A stretch of 64,000 nt of DNA from an uncultured Alphaproteobacteria bacterium. Lineage in GTDB: Bacteria > Pseudomonadota > Alphaproteobacteria > Rhodobacterales > Rhodobacteraceae. Location: positions 328,173 through 392,172 of the forward strand of contig CAVTXE010000001.1 of NCBI GenBank assembly GCA_963738635.1, given 5' to 3'. The notes under the pieces were generated by a model, which was given only the letters and a program-made list of their open reading frames with translations, did not search any database and was not told where the DNA came from. Position 1 is the first letter of the stretch, and the number at the start of each line of letters is the position of its first letter. Made by a program: the position numbers and the translations under genes. Shown here piece after piece: positions 35,627 through 46,730 of the stretch.

Positions 35627-36511
35627 ATGACCTACCATCTCGCCATCGGCGACCGCACCTATTCAAGTTGGTCGCTGCGCGGCTGGCTGCTGTTCGAGAA
35701 GTTCGGAATTCCCGTCATTGTCGAATCCGGCGTGCTTTACACCGACAACCTCTACCAGATGCTTGCCCGCTACGCCCCCGCGCGTCAGGTGCCCGCCGTC
35801 CGCCTGCCGGACGGAGAGGTCATCGGCGAAACCATCGCCATTGCCGAGGCGCTGGCGGAACGCCACCCCGATGCGGGTCTCTGGCCCGCCGACCCTGCCG
35901 CCCGCGCGATGGCGCGCTACATGGCCGCCGAAATGCATGCAGGCTTCCGCGACCTGCGAGGCGATTGCCCGATGAATCTGGCCAAGAGCTACCGCGACAG
36001 CCTGCCGCGTGCCGAAGTTCTGAAGGACGTCTCCCGGGTCGAAGACATCTGGGCGAGGGCGCGCGACCGGTTCGGCGCTGACGGGCCCTGGCTGTTCGGC
36101 AGCTACACAGCCGCCGACGCTTTCTACGCGCCCGTCGCCACCCGCATCGCGACCTACAACCTGCCGACCGGCCCCGCAGCGCAGGCCTATGTCGATGCCC
36201 ATCTGCATGACCCCGCCCTCCGCCGCTGGCGCGCGATGGGCTGGGCGGAGCATCTGGAACAGCCCAGCTACCGGATGCCTTATGCCGAACGCCGCTGGCC
36301 CGGCCCGGCTCCGCAGTCCGCCGCTGTCGCAGAGGGGCCGTCCGTCAACGCCGCCTGCCCCTATTCCGGCAAACCCGTCACCGACTTCCTGACGCTTGAC
36401 GGCCATGTCTGGGGGTTCTGCAACGCTTTCTGCCGCGACAAGACCCTGGCCGACCCAGAAGTTTGGCCAAAGTTCACCGCGATGGTCACCAGCCACCGGC
36501 AGACCGCCTGA
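35627..36511 (+). CDS. Glutathione S-transferase-family protein with a C-terminal C-x20-C-x3-C (TRASH-like) extension
   Basis: The protein starts MTYHLAIGDRTYSSWSLRGWLLFEKFGIP (internal ATG 35627) and has a GST-like body. Its tail reads CPYSGKPVTDFLTLDGHVWGFCNAFC. It is intact at 294 aa. Confidence 0.7.
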   Translation: MTYHLAIGDRTYSSWSLRGWLLFEKFGIPVIVESGVLYTDNLYQMLARYAPARQVPAVRLPDGEVIGETIAIAEALAERHPDAGLWPADPAARAMARYMAAEMHAGFRDLRGDCPMNLAKSYRDSLPRAEVLKDVSRVEDIWARARDRFGADGPWLFGSYTAADAFYAPVATRIATYNLPTGPAAQAYVDAHLHDPALRRWRAMGWAEHLEQPSYRMPYAERRWPGPAPQSAAVAEGPSVNAACPYSGKPVTDFLTLDGHVWGFCNAFCRDKTLADPEVWPKFTAMVTSHRQTA

Positions 36512-36533
36512 TATCGCTGGAACCCGACGCGCG

Positions 36534-36548
36534 TTAACCATTCCTAAA
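36534..36548. promoter_or_regulatory. CtrA-box-like motif TTAA-N7-TAAA upstream of comM/yifB
   Basis: TTAACCATTCCTAAA matches 7 of 8 positions of the alphaproteobacterial CtrA consensus TTAA-N7-TTAA. It lies 46 nt upstream of ATG 36594 and within an 11-bp direct repeat. Confidence 0.3.
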
Positions 36549-36593
36549 CACCTACCCCACTAGGCGTTAACCATCCCTTGCCGGAGCGGATGG

Positions 36594-38108
36594 ATGGTCG
36601 CGCGCACCTACACGGTCGCATTCGAGGGGGTCGAGGCCCGGATCGTCGAGGTGCAATGTGCCGTTGCAACCGGAATGCCGCACTTCGCCATTGTCGGCCT
36701 GCCCGACAAGGCGGTCAGCGAGGCGCGCGACCGCGTGAAGGCCGCGCTGAATGCGATGTCGATCGCCCTGCCATCCAAGCGCATAACGATCAATCTGTCG
36801 CCTGCCGACCTTCCCAAGGAGGGCTCGCATTTTGACCTGCCCATCGCACTGGCGCTGCTGGCCGCGATCGAGATCATCCCGCACGAAGATGTCGAGGCGA
36901 CCGTTTCCCTGGGCGAATTGTCGCTGGACGGACGGCTGATCGCGGTGATCGGCGCACTGCCTGCAGCGATGGCGGCCGCGGGCGAGGGGAAATCACTGCT
37001 GTGTCCGCGCGCCTGCGGACCCGAGGCAGCCTGGGTCGCCACAGTGCCGGTGCTGGCCGCCGCCTCGCTGACCGATGTCCTGCGGCACTATACCGGGCAG
37101 TCGCCGATCTCGCCGGCCCAACCGGGTGAGGTGATGCGCGGTCCGGCAGCGCGCGATCTGCGTGACGTCAAGGGGCAAGAGCGCGCCAAGCGCGCGCTGG
37201 AAATCGCCGCCGCCGGGCGGCACCACCTGATCATGGTCGGCACGCCCGGATCGGGCAAATCCATGCTTGCCGCTCGCATTCCGGGCATACTGCCGCCCCT
37301 GACCCCACCTGAGGCGCTGGAAACATCGATGATCCATTCGCTGTCCGGCCTGCTTGACGAAGGCGGGATCAGCCGTGCGCGCCCGTTCCGCGAACCGCAT
37401 CATACGGCGAGCATGGCGGCGATTGTCGGTGGCGGGCGGAACGCAAAGCCGGGCGAGATCAGTCTGGCGCACAATGGCGTTCTGTTCATGGACGAGTTTC
37501 CCGAATTCCCCCGCGCCGTGCTGGAGACCCTGCGACAGCCCATTGAGACGGGCGAGGTCGTGGTGGCGCGTGCCAACGCCCATATCCGCTATCCCTGCCG
37601 CTTCATGCTGGTCGCGGCCGCCAATCCCTGCAAATGCGGCTTCCTGACCGATCCAGCCCGCGCCTGCGCGCGGGTGCCCTTGTGCGGGGAAGACTATCTC
37701 GGGCGCATCTCGGGCCCGCTGATGGACCGCATCGATCTGCGCGTCGAGGTGCCGCCCGTGGCCTACACCGACCTCGGCATCCCCGAAACGGGCGACGATT
37801 CCGCAACCGTCGCGGCACGCGTCGCGGCGGCGCGTGACATGCAGGCCCTGCGCTTTGGGGACCACGATCTGGTCCGGGTGAACTCGGATGCCGAGGGCCG
37901 GCTGCTGGAAGAGGTGGCGACGCCGGATGCCGAGGGGCGAGACCTGCTGGTGCGGGTTGCGGAACGGATGGGCCTGTCGGCGCGGGGTTATCACCGGGTG
38001 CTGCGCGTGGCGCGCACGATTGCCGATCTGGCCGGGTCAGAGGATGTGCGCAAGGCGCATGTGGCCGAGGCGGTCAGCTATCGTCTGACGCTGCAGGCGA
38101 CCCAGTAG
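36594..38108 (+). CDS. comM: YifB/ComM family Mg-chelatase-like AAA+ ATPase
   Basis: The protein is intact at 504 aa. It reads [21 protein letters not shown]..., carries Walker [14 protein letters not shown] and [11 protein letters not shown], and ends VAEAVSYR. Confidence 0.9.
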   Translation: MVARTYTVAFEGVEARIVEVQCAVATGMPHFAIVGLPDKAVSEARDRVKAALNAMSIALPSKRITINLSPADLPKEGSHFDLPIALALLAAIEIIPHEDVEATVSLGELSLDGRLIAVIGALPAAMAAAGEGKSLLCPRACGPEAAWVATVPVLAAASLTDVLRHYTGQSPISPAQPGEVMRGPAARDLRDVKGQERAKRALEIAAAGRHHLIMVGTPGSGKSMLAARIPGILPPLTPPEALETSMIHSLSGLLDEGGISRARPFREPHHTASMAAIVGGGRNAKPGEISLAHNGVLFMDEFPEFPRAVLETLRQPIETGEVVVARANAHIRYPCRFMLVAAANPCKCGFLTDPARACARVPLCGEDYLGRISGPLMDRIDLRVEVPPVAYTDLGIPETGDDSATVAARVAAARDMQALRFGDHDLVRVNSDAEGRLLEEVATPDAEGRDLLVRVAERMGLSARGYHRVLRVARTIADLAGSEDVRKAHVAEAVSYRLTLQATQ

Positions 38109-38116
38109 AGCGGTCG

Positions 38117-39064
38117 CTAGCCGCGCCGCTTCGCCTCGATCACATCCCAGATGAGCGCGGCGGTGTTCGTCCCGTCGAACCGCTCCAGCTCCTGGATGCC
38201 CGGTCGGCGAGGTCACGTTGATCTCGGTCAGCCAGTCGCCGATCACGTCGATGCCGACGAATATCTGCCCCTTGTCGCGCAAGGTCGGGCCGATGGCCGC
38301 GCAGATTTCCCGGTCGCGGTCGGTCAGGCCCACCTTCTCCGGCCGCCCCCCGACATGCATGTTCGACCGCGTCTCGCCATCTGCGGGACGCGGTTGATCG
38401 CCCCCACCGGATCGCCGTTCACCAGGATGATCCGCTTGTCGCCCTTCGTGACCGCGGGCACGATATTTCTGCGCGATCAGCGGCTCGCGGTTGATACCGG
38501 AGAACAGCTCATGCAGCGAGGCGAGGTTGCGGTCGTTCGGGTCGAGCCGGAACACGCCCGCGCCGCCGTTGCCGTAGAGCGGCTTCAGGATGATGTCGCC
38601 ATGCGCGTGCTTGAAATCGCGGATCGTCTGCAGGTTCCGCGCCACCAAGGTCGGCGGCGTCAGGTCGGGAAAGTCCAGCACCAGCAGCTTTTCGGGATAG
38701 TTGCGCACCCAGAACGGGTCGTTGACCACCAGCGTCTTCGGGTGGATGCGTTCCAGCAGATGCGTCGTGGTGATGTAGCTCATGTCGAAGGGCGGATCCT
38801 GGCGCAACCAGACCACATCCCAGTCGGCAAGGTCGACTTCGGCCTCGGCGCCCGAGACTGAAGTGGTTGCCGACCTCGCGCCGCAGCGTCAGCGGCCAGC
38901 CGCGCGCGCAGCACGCGCCCCTCGCGGTAGGCCAGCCGGTCGGGCGTGTAGTAGAACAGCCGGTGGCCCCGCGCCTGCGCCTCGACTGCGATGCGGAAGG
39001 TCGAATCGGCGCTGATGTTGATCGGACCGATCGGGTCCATCTGGATCGCGACATTCAGGGACAT
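38117..39064 (-). pseudogene. gshB: Glutathione synthetase, frame switches
   Basis: The pieces read MSLNVAIQMDPIGPINISADSTF (ATG 39064), [24 protein letters not shown]...[14 protein letters not shown] and [22 protein letters not shown]. The tail is in another frame, with a stop at 38117. Confidence 0.85.
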
Positions 39065-39143
39065 GGGTCACGCGGCCTGTGCAAAGGGACGCGGTGAGTG
39101 ATGGCCGTTCCGGGCGGGAGTTGCAACCGGAGCGAAGGCCCGG

Positions 39144-39498
39144 TCAGTACCCGATGGCGTTCGGGATCACCTCGGATCGTTCCCGCACGGTCAACCAGCG
39201 CCACGTCGAAGCGCACCTCGGTCTCCTGCCCGCCGGGTTCGTTTGCGATGAATTCCGAGGCGGCGGCATAGATGCGGCCCATCTGGCGTTCGCTGAGGCG
39301 TTCCGCCGCCCAGGCATGGGTGTCGGCCTGCTTCACCTCGATGAAGATCACGGCAGCGCCGTCGCGCGCGACGAGGTCGATCTCGCCCGACTGGCCGCGC
39401 CATCGCCGGGCCGCGATGGGAAAGCCGCCTGAAGCATACATCGCCGCGACACTGTCTTCGGCGGCAAGACCGGCGTGGTACGAGGCAAGGCCGCTCAT
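39144..39498 (-). pseudogene. yraN: YraN family protein (UPF0102, endonuclease-like), one frame switch near the 3' end
   Basis: The protein reads AGLAAEDSVAAMYASGGFPIAARRWRGQSGEIDLVARDGAAVIFIEVK...VRFDVALVD. The shifted tail VIPNAIGY ends at a stop at 39144. Confidence 0.75.
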
Positions 39499-40355
39499 GC
39501 CCCGCGCCCCAGACGAAGCGCGGCCTGATAGACGTCGCGGCGCGGCAGGCCCAGCGCATCGGCGACCTGCGCAGCCGCGTCCTTGACCGACAGGGTCAGA
39601 AGTGCGTCGGTCAGCGCGCGGTCGAGAGTTGCCGCATCTGTCGCCACCTCTGCGGCCCGGTCGATCACCAGCACGATTTCGCCTTTCACGTCCTGCGCCG
39701 CCATATCCGCCGCCAATCCCTCAAGCGTGCCGCGACGCACCTCTTCAAAGCGTTTGGTCAGTTCGCGGCAGAGCGCGGCCCTGCGCGCCCCGCCCAGACT
39801 CTGCACGCAATCCGTTAGCATTGCTTGAATCCGCTTCGGGCTCTCATACAAAATCAGCGTCGCCTGCACCCCTGCGAGATCCGCCAGCCAGCGCCGCCGC
39901 GCGGCGGCGGTCGCGGGCGGGAAGCCCGCGAAGAGGAACCGGTCTGACGGCAATCCCGACACGGTCAGTGCGGCCAGCACCGCCGATGCGCCGGGCGCAG
40001 CAAAGACTTTGTGTCCCGCCGCAGCTGCGGCGCGGACAAGGTCGAAGCCGGGATCGGCAACCAGCGGCGTTCCGGCCTCGGACGCATAGGCCACGGACCG
40101 GCCCTCGGCCAGCAGCCCCAGGATACGCGGCCGGGCGGCGGCCCCGTTGTGGTCATGGTAGGCGATCAGCGTACGCCCGGCGAGGGGGACGCCGTGGATG
40201 TCCATCAGGTGGCGCAGCGTCCGCGTATCCTCGGCGGCCAGCGCCTCAGCATGGGTCAAGAGGTCGAGTGCGCGCAACGTGATGTCACGCGCGGCCCCGA
40301 TCGGTGTTGCAACCAGGTAAAGGCCGGGGTCGGGCTGTTTCGGGCCTGATGTCAT
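39495..40355 (-). CDS. rsmI: 16S rRNA (cytidine1402-2'-O)-methyltransferase
   Basis: The protein reads GLYLVATPIGAARDITLRALDLLTHAEALAAEDTR...SEAGTPLVADPGFDL...LILYESPKR...LCRELTKRFEEV. The start is taken at ATG 40355; the track start at 40376 is TTG. Confidence 0.9.
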   Translation of the reverse strand: MTSGPKQPDPGLYLVATPIGAARDITLRALDLLTHAEALAAEDTRTLRHLMDIHGVPLAGRTLIAYHDHNGAAARPRILGLLAEGRSVAYASEAGTPLVADPGFDLVRAAAAAGHKVFAAPGASAVLAALTVSGLPSDRFLFAGFPPATAAARRRWLADLAGVQATLILYESPKRIQAMLTDCVQSLGGARRAALCRELTKRFEEVRRGTLEGLAADMAAQDVKGEIVLVIDRAAEVATDAATLDRALTDALLTLSVKDAAAQVADALGLPRRDVYQAALRLGRGA

Positions 40356-40488
40356 CGTCTGGACCCGCTCCTGCAAAGTTTACTTCGTGCGGCATTGCGC
40401 TTAGGTTCGCGCCAATCCGCCGCACTGCCCCCGAACCCCAGGCCCGAAGCGCCGCCACAAAGCCCTGTCACTGTCGAGGACGCGTCCC

Positions 40489-41660
40489 ATGTTTCATGTT
40501 TTGCCCTTCGCCTGCAAGCCGCTCCGCGCGCTGGCCATCCTGACTTCGACCCTTTGGCTTGCAGCCTGCGATCCCGTCGGACTGGCCGGCGGACCGACGC
40601 TTCGGCGGGCTCGCCGGTTCAGGTCGCCCTGCTGCTGCCGGCCGGGTCTGGCAATTCGGGCGATGAAGTTGTCGCGCAAAGCCTGCGCAACGCCGCCGAG
40701 CTTGCAATAGCAGACCTGGACGGCGTGCAGATTGACCTGCGCGTCTACAACACCGGCGCGAGCCCCGCCGCCGCCGCGGATGCCGCGCGCCAGGCCGTGG
40801 CCGAAGGCGCAAAAATCATCCTCGGCCCGGTCTTCGCCGATGCCGCGAATGCCGCGGGTGTGGCAGTTGCCGGTGACGGCGTGAACGTTCTGTCCTTCTC
40901 GAACAACACCGACATCGCCGGGCGGAACGTCTTCGTCCTCGGATCGACGTTCCAGAACACCGCAAACCGTCTGGCGGGCTATGCCGCACAGCAGGGACGC
41001 GGCCGGATTCTGGTTGTGAAGGACCAATCGCCTGCGGGCGATCTGGGCGGTCGTGCCATCGCGGCGGCGGCGCCGCAGTCGGGCGCGACGGTTGTGGGCA
41101 CGGCGAGCTATGCCTTCTCGCAGCAGGGCGTTGTCTCGGCCGTACCCGGCATCGTCGCCCAGACCCGCTCCAGCGGCGCGAACGCGATCTTCTTCACGGC
41201 CGACACTGCGGGCGCGCTGCCGCTGCTGACGCAGCTCATCCCCGAAGCCGGGGTCAGTCCGGCGACCACGCAGTTCATCGGCCTGACCCGCTGGGACATA
41301 CCCTCGGCGACGCTGGCGCTGCCGGGTGTGCAGGGCGGCTGGTTCGCTCTGCCCGATCCCGGCCTGACTGGCCAGTTCGAAGCACGTTACACCGCTGCCT
41401 ACGGATCGCCGCCGCATCCCATCGCCGGGCTCGCCTATGACGGCATCGCGGCAATAGGCGCCCTCGTACGCAAGGGCGGGGCGAATGCGCTGTCGGCCTC
41501 GGCGCTGACACAGGGGTCTGGCTTTGCCGGTGTCAACGGCGTCTTCCGCCTGCGCCCCGACGGCACGAACGAGCGCGGTCTGGCCGTCGCGCAGATCCGC
41601 GACAACCAGGTGGTCATCCTTGATCCTGCCCCCCGTTCCTTCGGCGGTGCCGGGTTCTGA
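40489..41660 (+). pseudogene. Penicillin-binding-protein activator (LpoA-like) / periplasmic-binding-fold lipoprotein, one frame switch near 40600
   Basis: The N-terminus MFHVLPFACKPLRALAILTSTLWLAAC contains a lipobox. A type-1 periplasmic-binding-fold body follows (VALLLPAGSGNSGDEVVAQSLRNAAELAIADL...). The gene is divergent from rsmI, as in the E. coli rsmI/lpoA/yraN locus. Confidence 0.7.
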
Positions 41661-41730
41661 TCCGGCCGAACCGTCGCTGAAAGACCCGACATCCGGTCCT
41701 GTCCCGGGCGAGGCGCCCGATCTTCCCGGG

Positions 41731-44430
41731 ATGCGCCTGATCCTGGCTGCCAATCTGGCGGGCGTTCCGGACGCCAAGGCGCGCCGCGCAGTTCTGGTGC
41801 GCGAACTTGCAGCCCTGCGCAGGGCCGGAGCGGACGGGATCGAGCTTGCCTTTGCCCGGAACCCGCGCCGGGCGCAGGACACGGTGCGCGCGTACGCGGG
41901 TCTGACCGACCGGATCGTCACGCTGGCTTTCGAGGCCGTGACGAAAGTCCTGCACCCGCTGCCGAACCCGACCGAAGGCGAACGGCTGTCGGTGATCGCG
42001 GTCGGGGGATACGGGCGGGCCGAAATGGCCCCCTTCTCGGACATCGACCTTCTGTTCCTGACACCCTGGAAGATCACGCCCTGGGCCGAAAGCGTCATCG
42101 AGACGATGCTCTATGTCCTGTGGGACCTTCGGCTGAAGGTCGGCCATGCCAGCCGGACGGTGAAGGACTGCCTGCGCCTGGGACGCGAGGACATGACGAT
42201 CCGGACGGCGTTGCTGGAGCACCGTTTCGTTGTCGGTGACATGGCTTTGGCGGCAGAACTCCATCAGCGCTTGCGGCATGATCTGTATCGCACGACCGGC
42301 CCCGAATTCGTCGAGGCGAAGCTGGCCGAGCGCGACGCGCGGCACGAACGGCAGGGCGGCCAGCGCTATGTGCTGGAACCGAACGTCAAAGAGGGAAAGG
42401 GCGGGCTGCGCGATCTGCAGACAATGTACTGGATCGCGAAGTACCTGCACGGGGTCGATGATGCCGAGGCCCTGATCGGCCTGGGGTTCCTGCGCCGCGA
42501 GGAATACGAGGCGTTCCGGCAGGCGGCGGATTACCTCTGGGCGGTCCGCTGCCATCTGCACCTGATCGCCGGGCGGGCGATGGATCAGCTTGCCTTTGAC
42601 CTCCAGGTCGAGGTGGCCGCGCGCATGGGATACGAAGACCATGCCGGACGCCGCGCGGTCGAACACTTCATGCAGGACTACTTCCGTCATGCGACCCGCG
42701 TCGGCGACCTGACCCGCGTCTTTCTGACCACTCTGGAAGCGCAGCACGTGAAGAGCGCACCCGGACTTTACGGGATGTTCCGGCGCAAGAAAAAGGTCCG
42801 CGACGGCTTCCGCATCGTCAACAACCGCCTGCATGTCGCGGATGCGGCGCGGTTTCTCAGCGACAAGCTGAACCTGCTGCGCATCTTCGAGGAAGCGCTG
42901 CGCACCGGCCTTCTGATCCATCCCGACGCGATGCGCCTTGTCGCTTCGAACCTGGATCTGATCGATGAAGAGATGCAGGGCGACCCGGACGCGGCGCAGC
43001 TGTTTCTCGACCTCATGCTTAAGCACGGCAATCCGGAACGCGCGCTGCGCCGGATGAACGAGCTGGGCGTGCTGTCGGCTTTCCTGCCGGAATTCGCACC
43101 GATCGTCGCCATGATGCAGTTCAATGTCTATCACAGCTACACGGTCGACGAACACACCATCCAGTGCATCTCGAACCTGGCGCAGATCGAACGCGGCGAA
43201 CTGATCGAGGAACTGCCGATCGTCTCGGGCATCCTTCAGGACACTGGCGTCAGTCGCCGGGTGCTGTATGTCGCGCTGATTCTGCATGACATCGGCAAGG
43301 GCCGCCCGGAGGACCATTCGATACTGGGTGCGCAGATCGCGCGGCGCGTCTGCCCGCGCCTCGGCCTTTCCGAGGACGAGGCCGAGACGGTCGAATGGCT
43401 TGTCCGCTATCACCTGCTGATGTCGGACATGGCGCAGAAGCGCGACATCTCGGACCCGCGAACGGTGCGCGACTTTGCCAAGGCGGTGAAATCGCGGCGC
43501 AGGCTGGACCTGCTGACGGTGCTGACGGTCTGCGACATAAGGGGCGTCGGGCCGAAGGCGTGGAACAACTGGAAGGCGATGCTGCTGCGCAGGCTCTACC
43601 GGGAAACAGCGGAGGCGCTGGATGCGGGCCTGGAAACCTTGAACCGCGATCAGCGCACGGATGAGGCAAAGCGCAGCTTGCGCGAGGCGCTGGGAGACTG
43701 GGACGCGCGCGAGATCAAATCCGAGGTCGCGCGGCACTACGACCCCTACTGGCAGGGACTTTCGACCGACGCGCAGGCGATTTTCGCGCGGCTGCTGCGG
43801 GCGATCCCGGATGACGAAATCCGGATCGACATCAAGCCCGACCCAGACCATGACGCGACCCGCGCCTGTTTCGCGCTGACTGACCATCCGGGCATCTTCT
43901 CGCGCCTCGCGGGCGCGCTGGCGCTGGTCGGGGCGAACGTTGTCGATGCGCGCACCTACACATCCAAGGACGGGTATGCGACGGCGGTCTTCTGGGTGCA
44001 GGACGGCGAGGGCAGGCCCTATGAAGAGGCCCGTCTGCCGCGTCTGCGGAGCATGATCGACAAGACGCTGAAGGGCGAAGTCGTCGCGCGCGACGCCTTG
44101 AAGGACCGCGACAAGATCAAGAAACGCGACCGCCAGTTCCGGTTCCCGACCTCGATCACCTTCGACAATGAAGGATCGGACATCTACACCATCGTCGAAG
44201 TCGACACCCGCGACCGCCCGGCGCTGCTGTTCGACCTGACGCGCACGCTGGCCTCCAGCAACATCTACATCGCCTCGGCCGTGATCGCGACCTATGGCGC
44301 ACAGGTCGTCGATACCTTCTATGTCAAGGATGCCTTCGGCCTGAAACTCCACACGAAATCCCGCCAGGAAGTGCTGGAGCGGAAACTGCGTCAGGCGATC
44401 ACCGAAGGCGCGGAAAGGGCGACGGCCTGA
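41731..44430 (+). CDS. glnD: [Protein-PII] uridylyltransferase/uridylyl-removing enzyme
   Basis: The protein is intact at about 900 aa. It has a nucleotidyltransferase block (IAVGGYGRAEMAPFSDIDLLFL), an HD domain (LILHDIGKG) and two C-terminal ACT domains. The start is the first in-frame ATG after the lpoA stop. Confidence 0.9.
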   Translation: MRLILAANLAGVPDAKARRAVLVRELAALRRAGADGIELAFARNPRRAQDTVRAYAGLTDRIVTLAFEAVTKVLHPLPNPTEGERLSVIAVGGYGRAEMAPFSDIDLLFLTPWKITPWAESVIETMLYVLWDLRLKVGHASRTVKDCLRLGREDMTIRTALLEHRFVVGDMALAAELHQRLRHDLYRTTGPEFVEAKLAERDARHERQGGQRYVLEPNVKEGKGGLRDLQTMYWIAKYLHGVDDAEALIGLGFLRREEYEAFRQAADYLWAVRCHLHLIAGRAMDQLAFDLQVEVAARMGYEDHAGRRAVEHFMQDYFRHATRVGDLTRVFLTTLEAQHVKSAPGLYGMFRRKKKVRDGFRIVNNRLHVADAARFLSDKLNLLRIFEEALRTGLLIHPDAMRLVASNLDLIDEEMQGDPDAAQLFLDLMLKHGNPERALRRMNELGVLSAFLPEFAPIVAMMQFNVYHSYTVDEHTIQCISNLAQIERGELIEELPIVSGILQDTGVSRRVLYVALILHDIGKGRPEDHSILGAQIARRVCPRLGLSEDEAETVEWLVRYHLLMSDMAQKRDISDPRTVRDFAKAVKSRRRLDLLTVLTVCDIRGVGPKAWNNWKAMLLRRLYRETAEALDAGLETLNRDQRTDEAKRSLREALGDWDAREIKSEVARHYDPYWQGLSTDAQAIFARLLRAIPDDEIRIDIKPDPDHDATRACFALTDHPGIFSRLAGALALVGANVVDARTYTSKDGYATAVFWVQDGEGRPYEEARLPRLRSMIDKTLKGEVVARDALKDRDKIKKRDRQFRFPTSITFDNEGSDIYTIVEVDTRDRPALLFDLTRTLASSNIYIASAVIATYGAQVVDTFYVKDAFGLKLHTKSRQEVLERKLRQAITEGAERATA

Positions 44431-45975
44431 TGCGTCCGATCCGGCTGGTGCGCGGCTTTCTGACGGTCGGCGCATGGACGCTTCTGTCGCGCATCTTCGG
44501 CTTTGCGCGCGACGTCCTGACCGCCAATTACCTTGGCACCGGGCCGGTGGCCGAGGCGTTTCTGGTGGCCTTTTCGCTGCCGAACATGTTCCGGCGGTTC
44601 TTTGCGGAGGGCGCGTTCAACACCGCCTTCGTGCCGCTGTTTTCCAAGAAGATGGAAGCAGGCGAGGACGCGAAGGGCTTTGCCGAGGATGCCCTGTCGG
44701 GTCTTGTGTTCGTGACGCTGATCGTGACCGTCCTGGCCATGATCGCGATGCCGTGGCTGGTCCTCGCGATGGCGGGGGGGTTCGCGGGCGACGCGCGGCT
44801 GGGGCTGGCGACGCAGATGGGGCGCATCTGTTTTCCCTACATCATTCTGATCTCGGCGACCGCACTGCTGTCGGGTCTTCTGAACGCGGGCGGGCGGTTC
44901 GTCGCGGCGGCGGGCGCGCCGGTGCTTCTGAACATCCTGTTCATCGGGGCGATGCTGCTGGCCGACCGGATGGGCTGGGACATGGGGCTGACGCTGGCAT
45001 GGGCCACGCCGGTGACGGGGCTGGCGCAGCTGGCGATGGTCTGGGTTGCGGCGGCGCGGATGGGATACCCGTTGCGCCTGCGCCGCCCGAGGATGACGCC
45101 GGACCTGCGGCGGCTGGTGACGATTGCCGGGCCTGCGGTGCTGGCGGGGGGCGTGGTGCAGATCAACCTGCTGGTCGGGCGGCAGGTCGGGATCGTTTTT
45201 CGACGGGGCTATCGCCTGGCTGTCCTATGCGGATCGCCTCTACCAGCTGCCGCTTGGCGTCGTCGGCATCGCCATCGGCGTCGTGCTGCTGCCCGACCTG
45301 TCACGACGGCTGAAGGCGGGCGATGTTGGCGGCAGCCGCCATGCGCTGTCCCGTGCGACCGAATTCGCGCTGTTCCTGACGCTTCCCGCTGCCGTGGCAC
45401 TGGTCGTGATCGCAGTGCCGCTGATCAGCGTCCTGTATGAACGTGGGGCCTTCACCGCCGTCGATACTGCGCCCACTGCCCTTGCTCTTGCGATCTACGG
45501 TGCCGGCCTTCCCGCATTCGTGCTGCAGAAGATCCTGCAACCCCTCTATTTCGCGCGCGAAGATACGCGCACACCCTTCCGCTTCGCGATCTGGTCGATG
45601 GTCGTCAACGCCGTCATCGCCGTCGGGCTGGCCCCGGTCATAGGCTTTGCCGCCGCCGCCGTCGGCACGACGGCCGCCGCCTGGATCATGGTGGCGCAGC
45701 TCTGGTGGGGCACGCGCGGCATGGGCGAAGCAGCGCGCGCCGACGACCGTCTGCGCGCGCGCATCCCGCGCATCGTTGTCGCGTCGGCCGTCATGGGTCT
45801 GGCGATCTGGGTCGGGGCCTGGGCCTTGTCCGGCCAGCTCGGCCAGGCCGGGCACCGTTATTGGGCGCTGGCGTTGCTCTGCCTCGGCGGGCTCGCCGTC
45901 TATGCGGCGGCAAGCCTTGTTACCGGAGCGTTCCGACCGTCGGACCTGCGCGCGGGCTTTGCGCGTCAGCGCTGA
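44430..45975 (+). pseudogene. murJ: Lipid II flippase MurJ (MviN), one frame switch near 45195
   Basis: The N-terminal piece reads MRPIRLVRGFLTVGAWTLLSRIFGFARDVLTANYLGTGPVAEAFLVAFSLPNMFRRFFAEGAFNTAFVPLF. The second piece (ORF 45124..45975) reads AIAWLSYADRLYQLPLGVVGIAIGVVLLP. ATG 44430 overlaps the glnD stop. Confidence 0.9.
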
Positions 45976-46652
45976 CGCAGGCGGCGGATCAGCTTGGTCG
46001 GGCCGCCGGGGCCGACAAGGAATGACAGCGCGAAGCCCGCGGCGAAGCCCGACAGATCGGCGATCCAGGTCGGGTCGTTGCCGAAGAGAAGCCCGAACAG
46101 CAGGTTGATGCCCATCAGGAAGCCGATCATCGTGAACGCCTGCGCACGGTTGGCGTTCACCGCCCCGAGACGCGCCCAGAGGATGAACGTGAAGGCCCCG
46201 ATCAGCCCGTAGACCGGCGGAAAGCCCCCGTAGAGCGCAAGGCGCAGGCCGGGGACGGCGGAATAGACCAGACCGCCGACAAGGGTCGAGACGATGAAGA
46301 CGGCGATGACCGAGAGCGGCGAGAACACCTCGGCCACGAATTTCCCCAGCGCCAGCAGCATGGCGACGGCGAAGACGGCGGACAGGAAAGAGGTATGGAC
46401 AAAGGGATAGGTCAGGAAGCGCTGGATCAGCGACAGCGGATACTGCCCGAGCGAGATCATCTGGTCGAGCATCTCGGGCGGCAGGGCGAAGCGTTGCAGC
46501 GCGTCGTTGCGCCAGCCGATGCCGAAGGCGCCGCCCGCCAGACCCAGATCGCCCGCGCTGAGCACGATCTCCATCGCCGCGATGGGCAGGACAAGCAGCC
46601 AGACGATGGGCGGCACGGGGTTCAGAGGTGAGGAATTGTAGCCGCCCTGCAT
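45966..46652 (-). CDS. Rhomboid family intramembrane serine protease-like membrane protein
   Basis: This is the C-terminal 228 codons of track ORF 45966..47792, read from ATG 46652. It is polytopic and reads FLTYPFVHTSFLSAVFAVAMLLALGKFVE...GGFPPVYGLIGAF. The rest of that ORF is antisense to trpS. Confidence 0.7.
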   Translation of the reverse strand: MQGGYNSSPLNPVPPIVWLLVLPIAAMEIVLSAGDLGLAGGAFGIGWRNDALQRFALPPEMLDQMISLGQYPLSLIQRFLTYPFVHTSFLSAVFAVAMLLALGKFVAEVFSPLSVIAVFIVSTLVGGLVYSAVPGLRLALYGGFPPVYGLIGAFTFILWARLGAVNANRAQAFTMIGFLMGINLLFGLLFGNDPTWIADLSGFAAGFALSFLVGPGGPTKLIRRLRQR

Positions 46653-46730
46653 CGTCTGCCCCGTTGTTGACGCCCCGTGCCGCCAGCGATATGCGAGGCC
46701 GACCCGAAACTCCAGACGGAAGCCAGGCAG

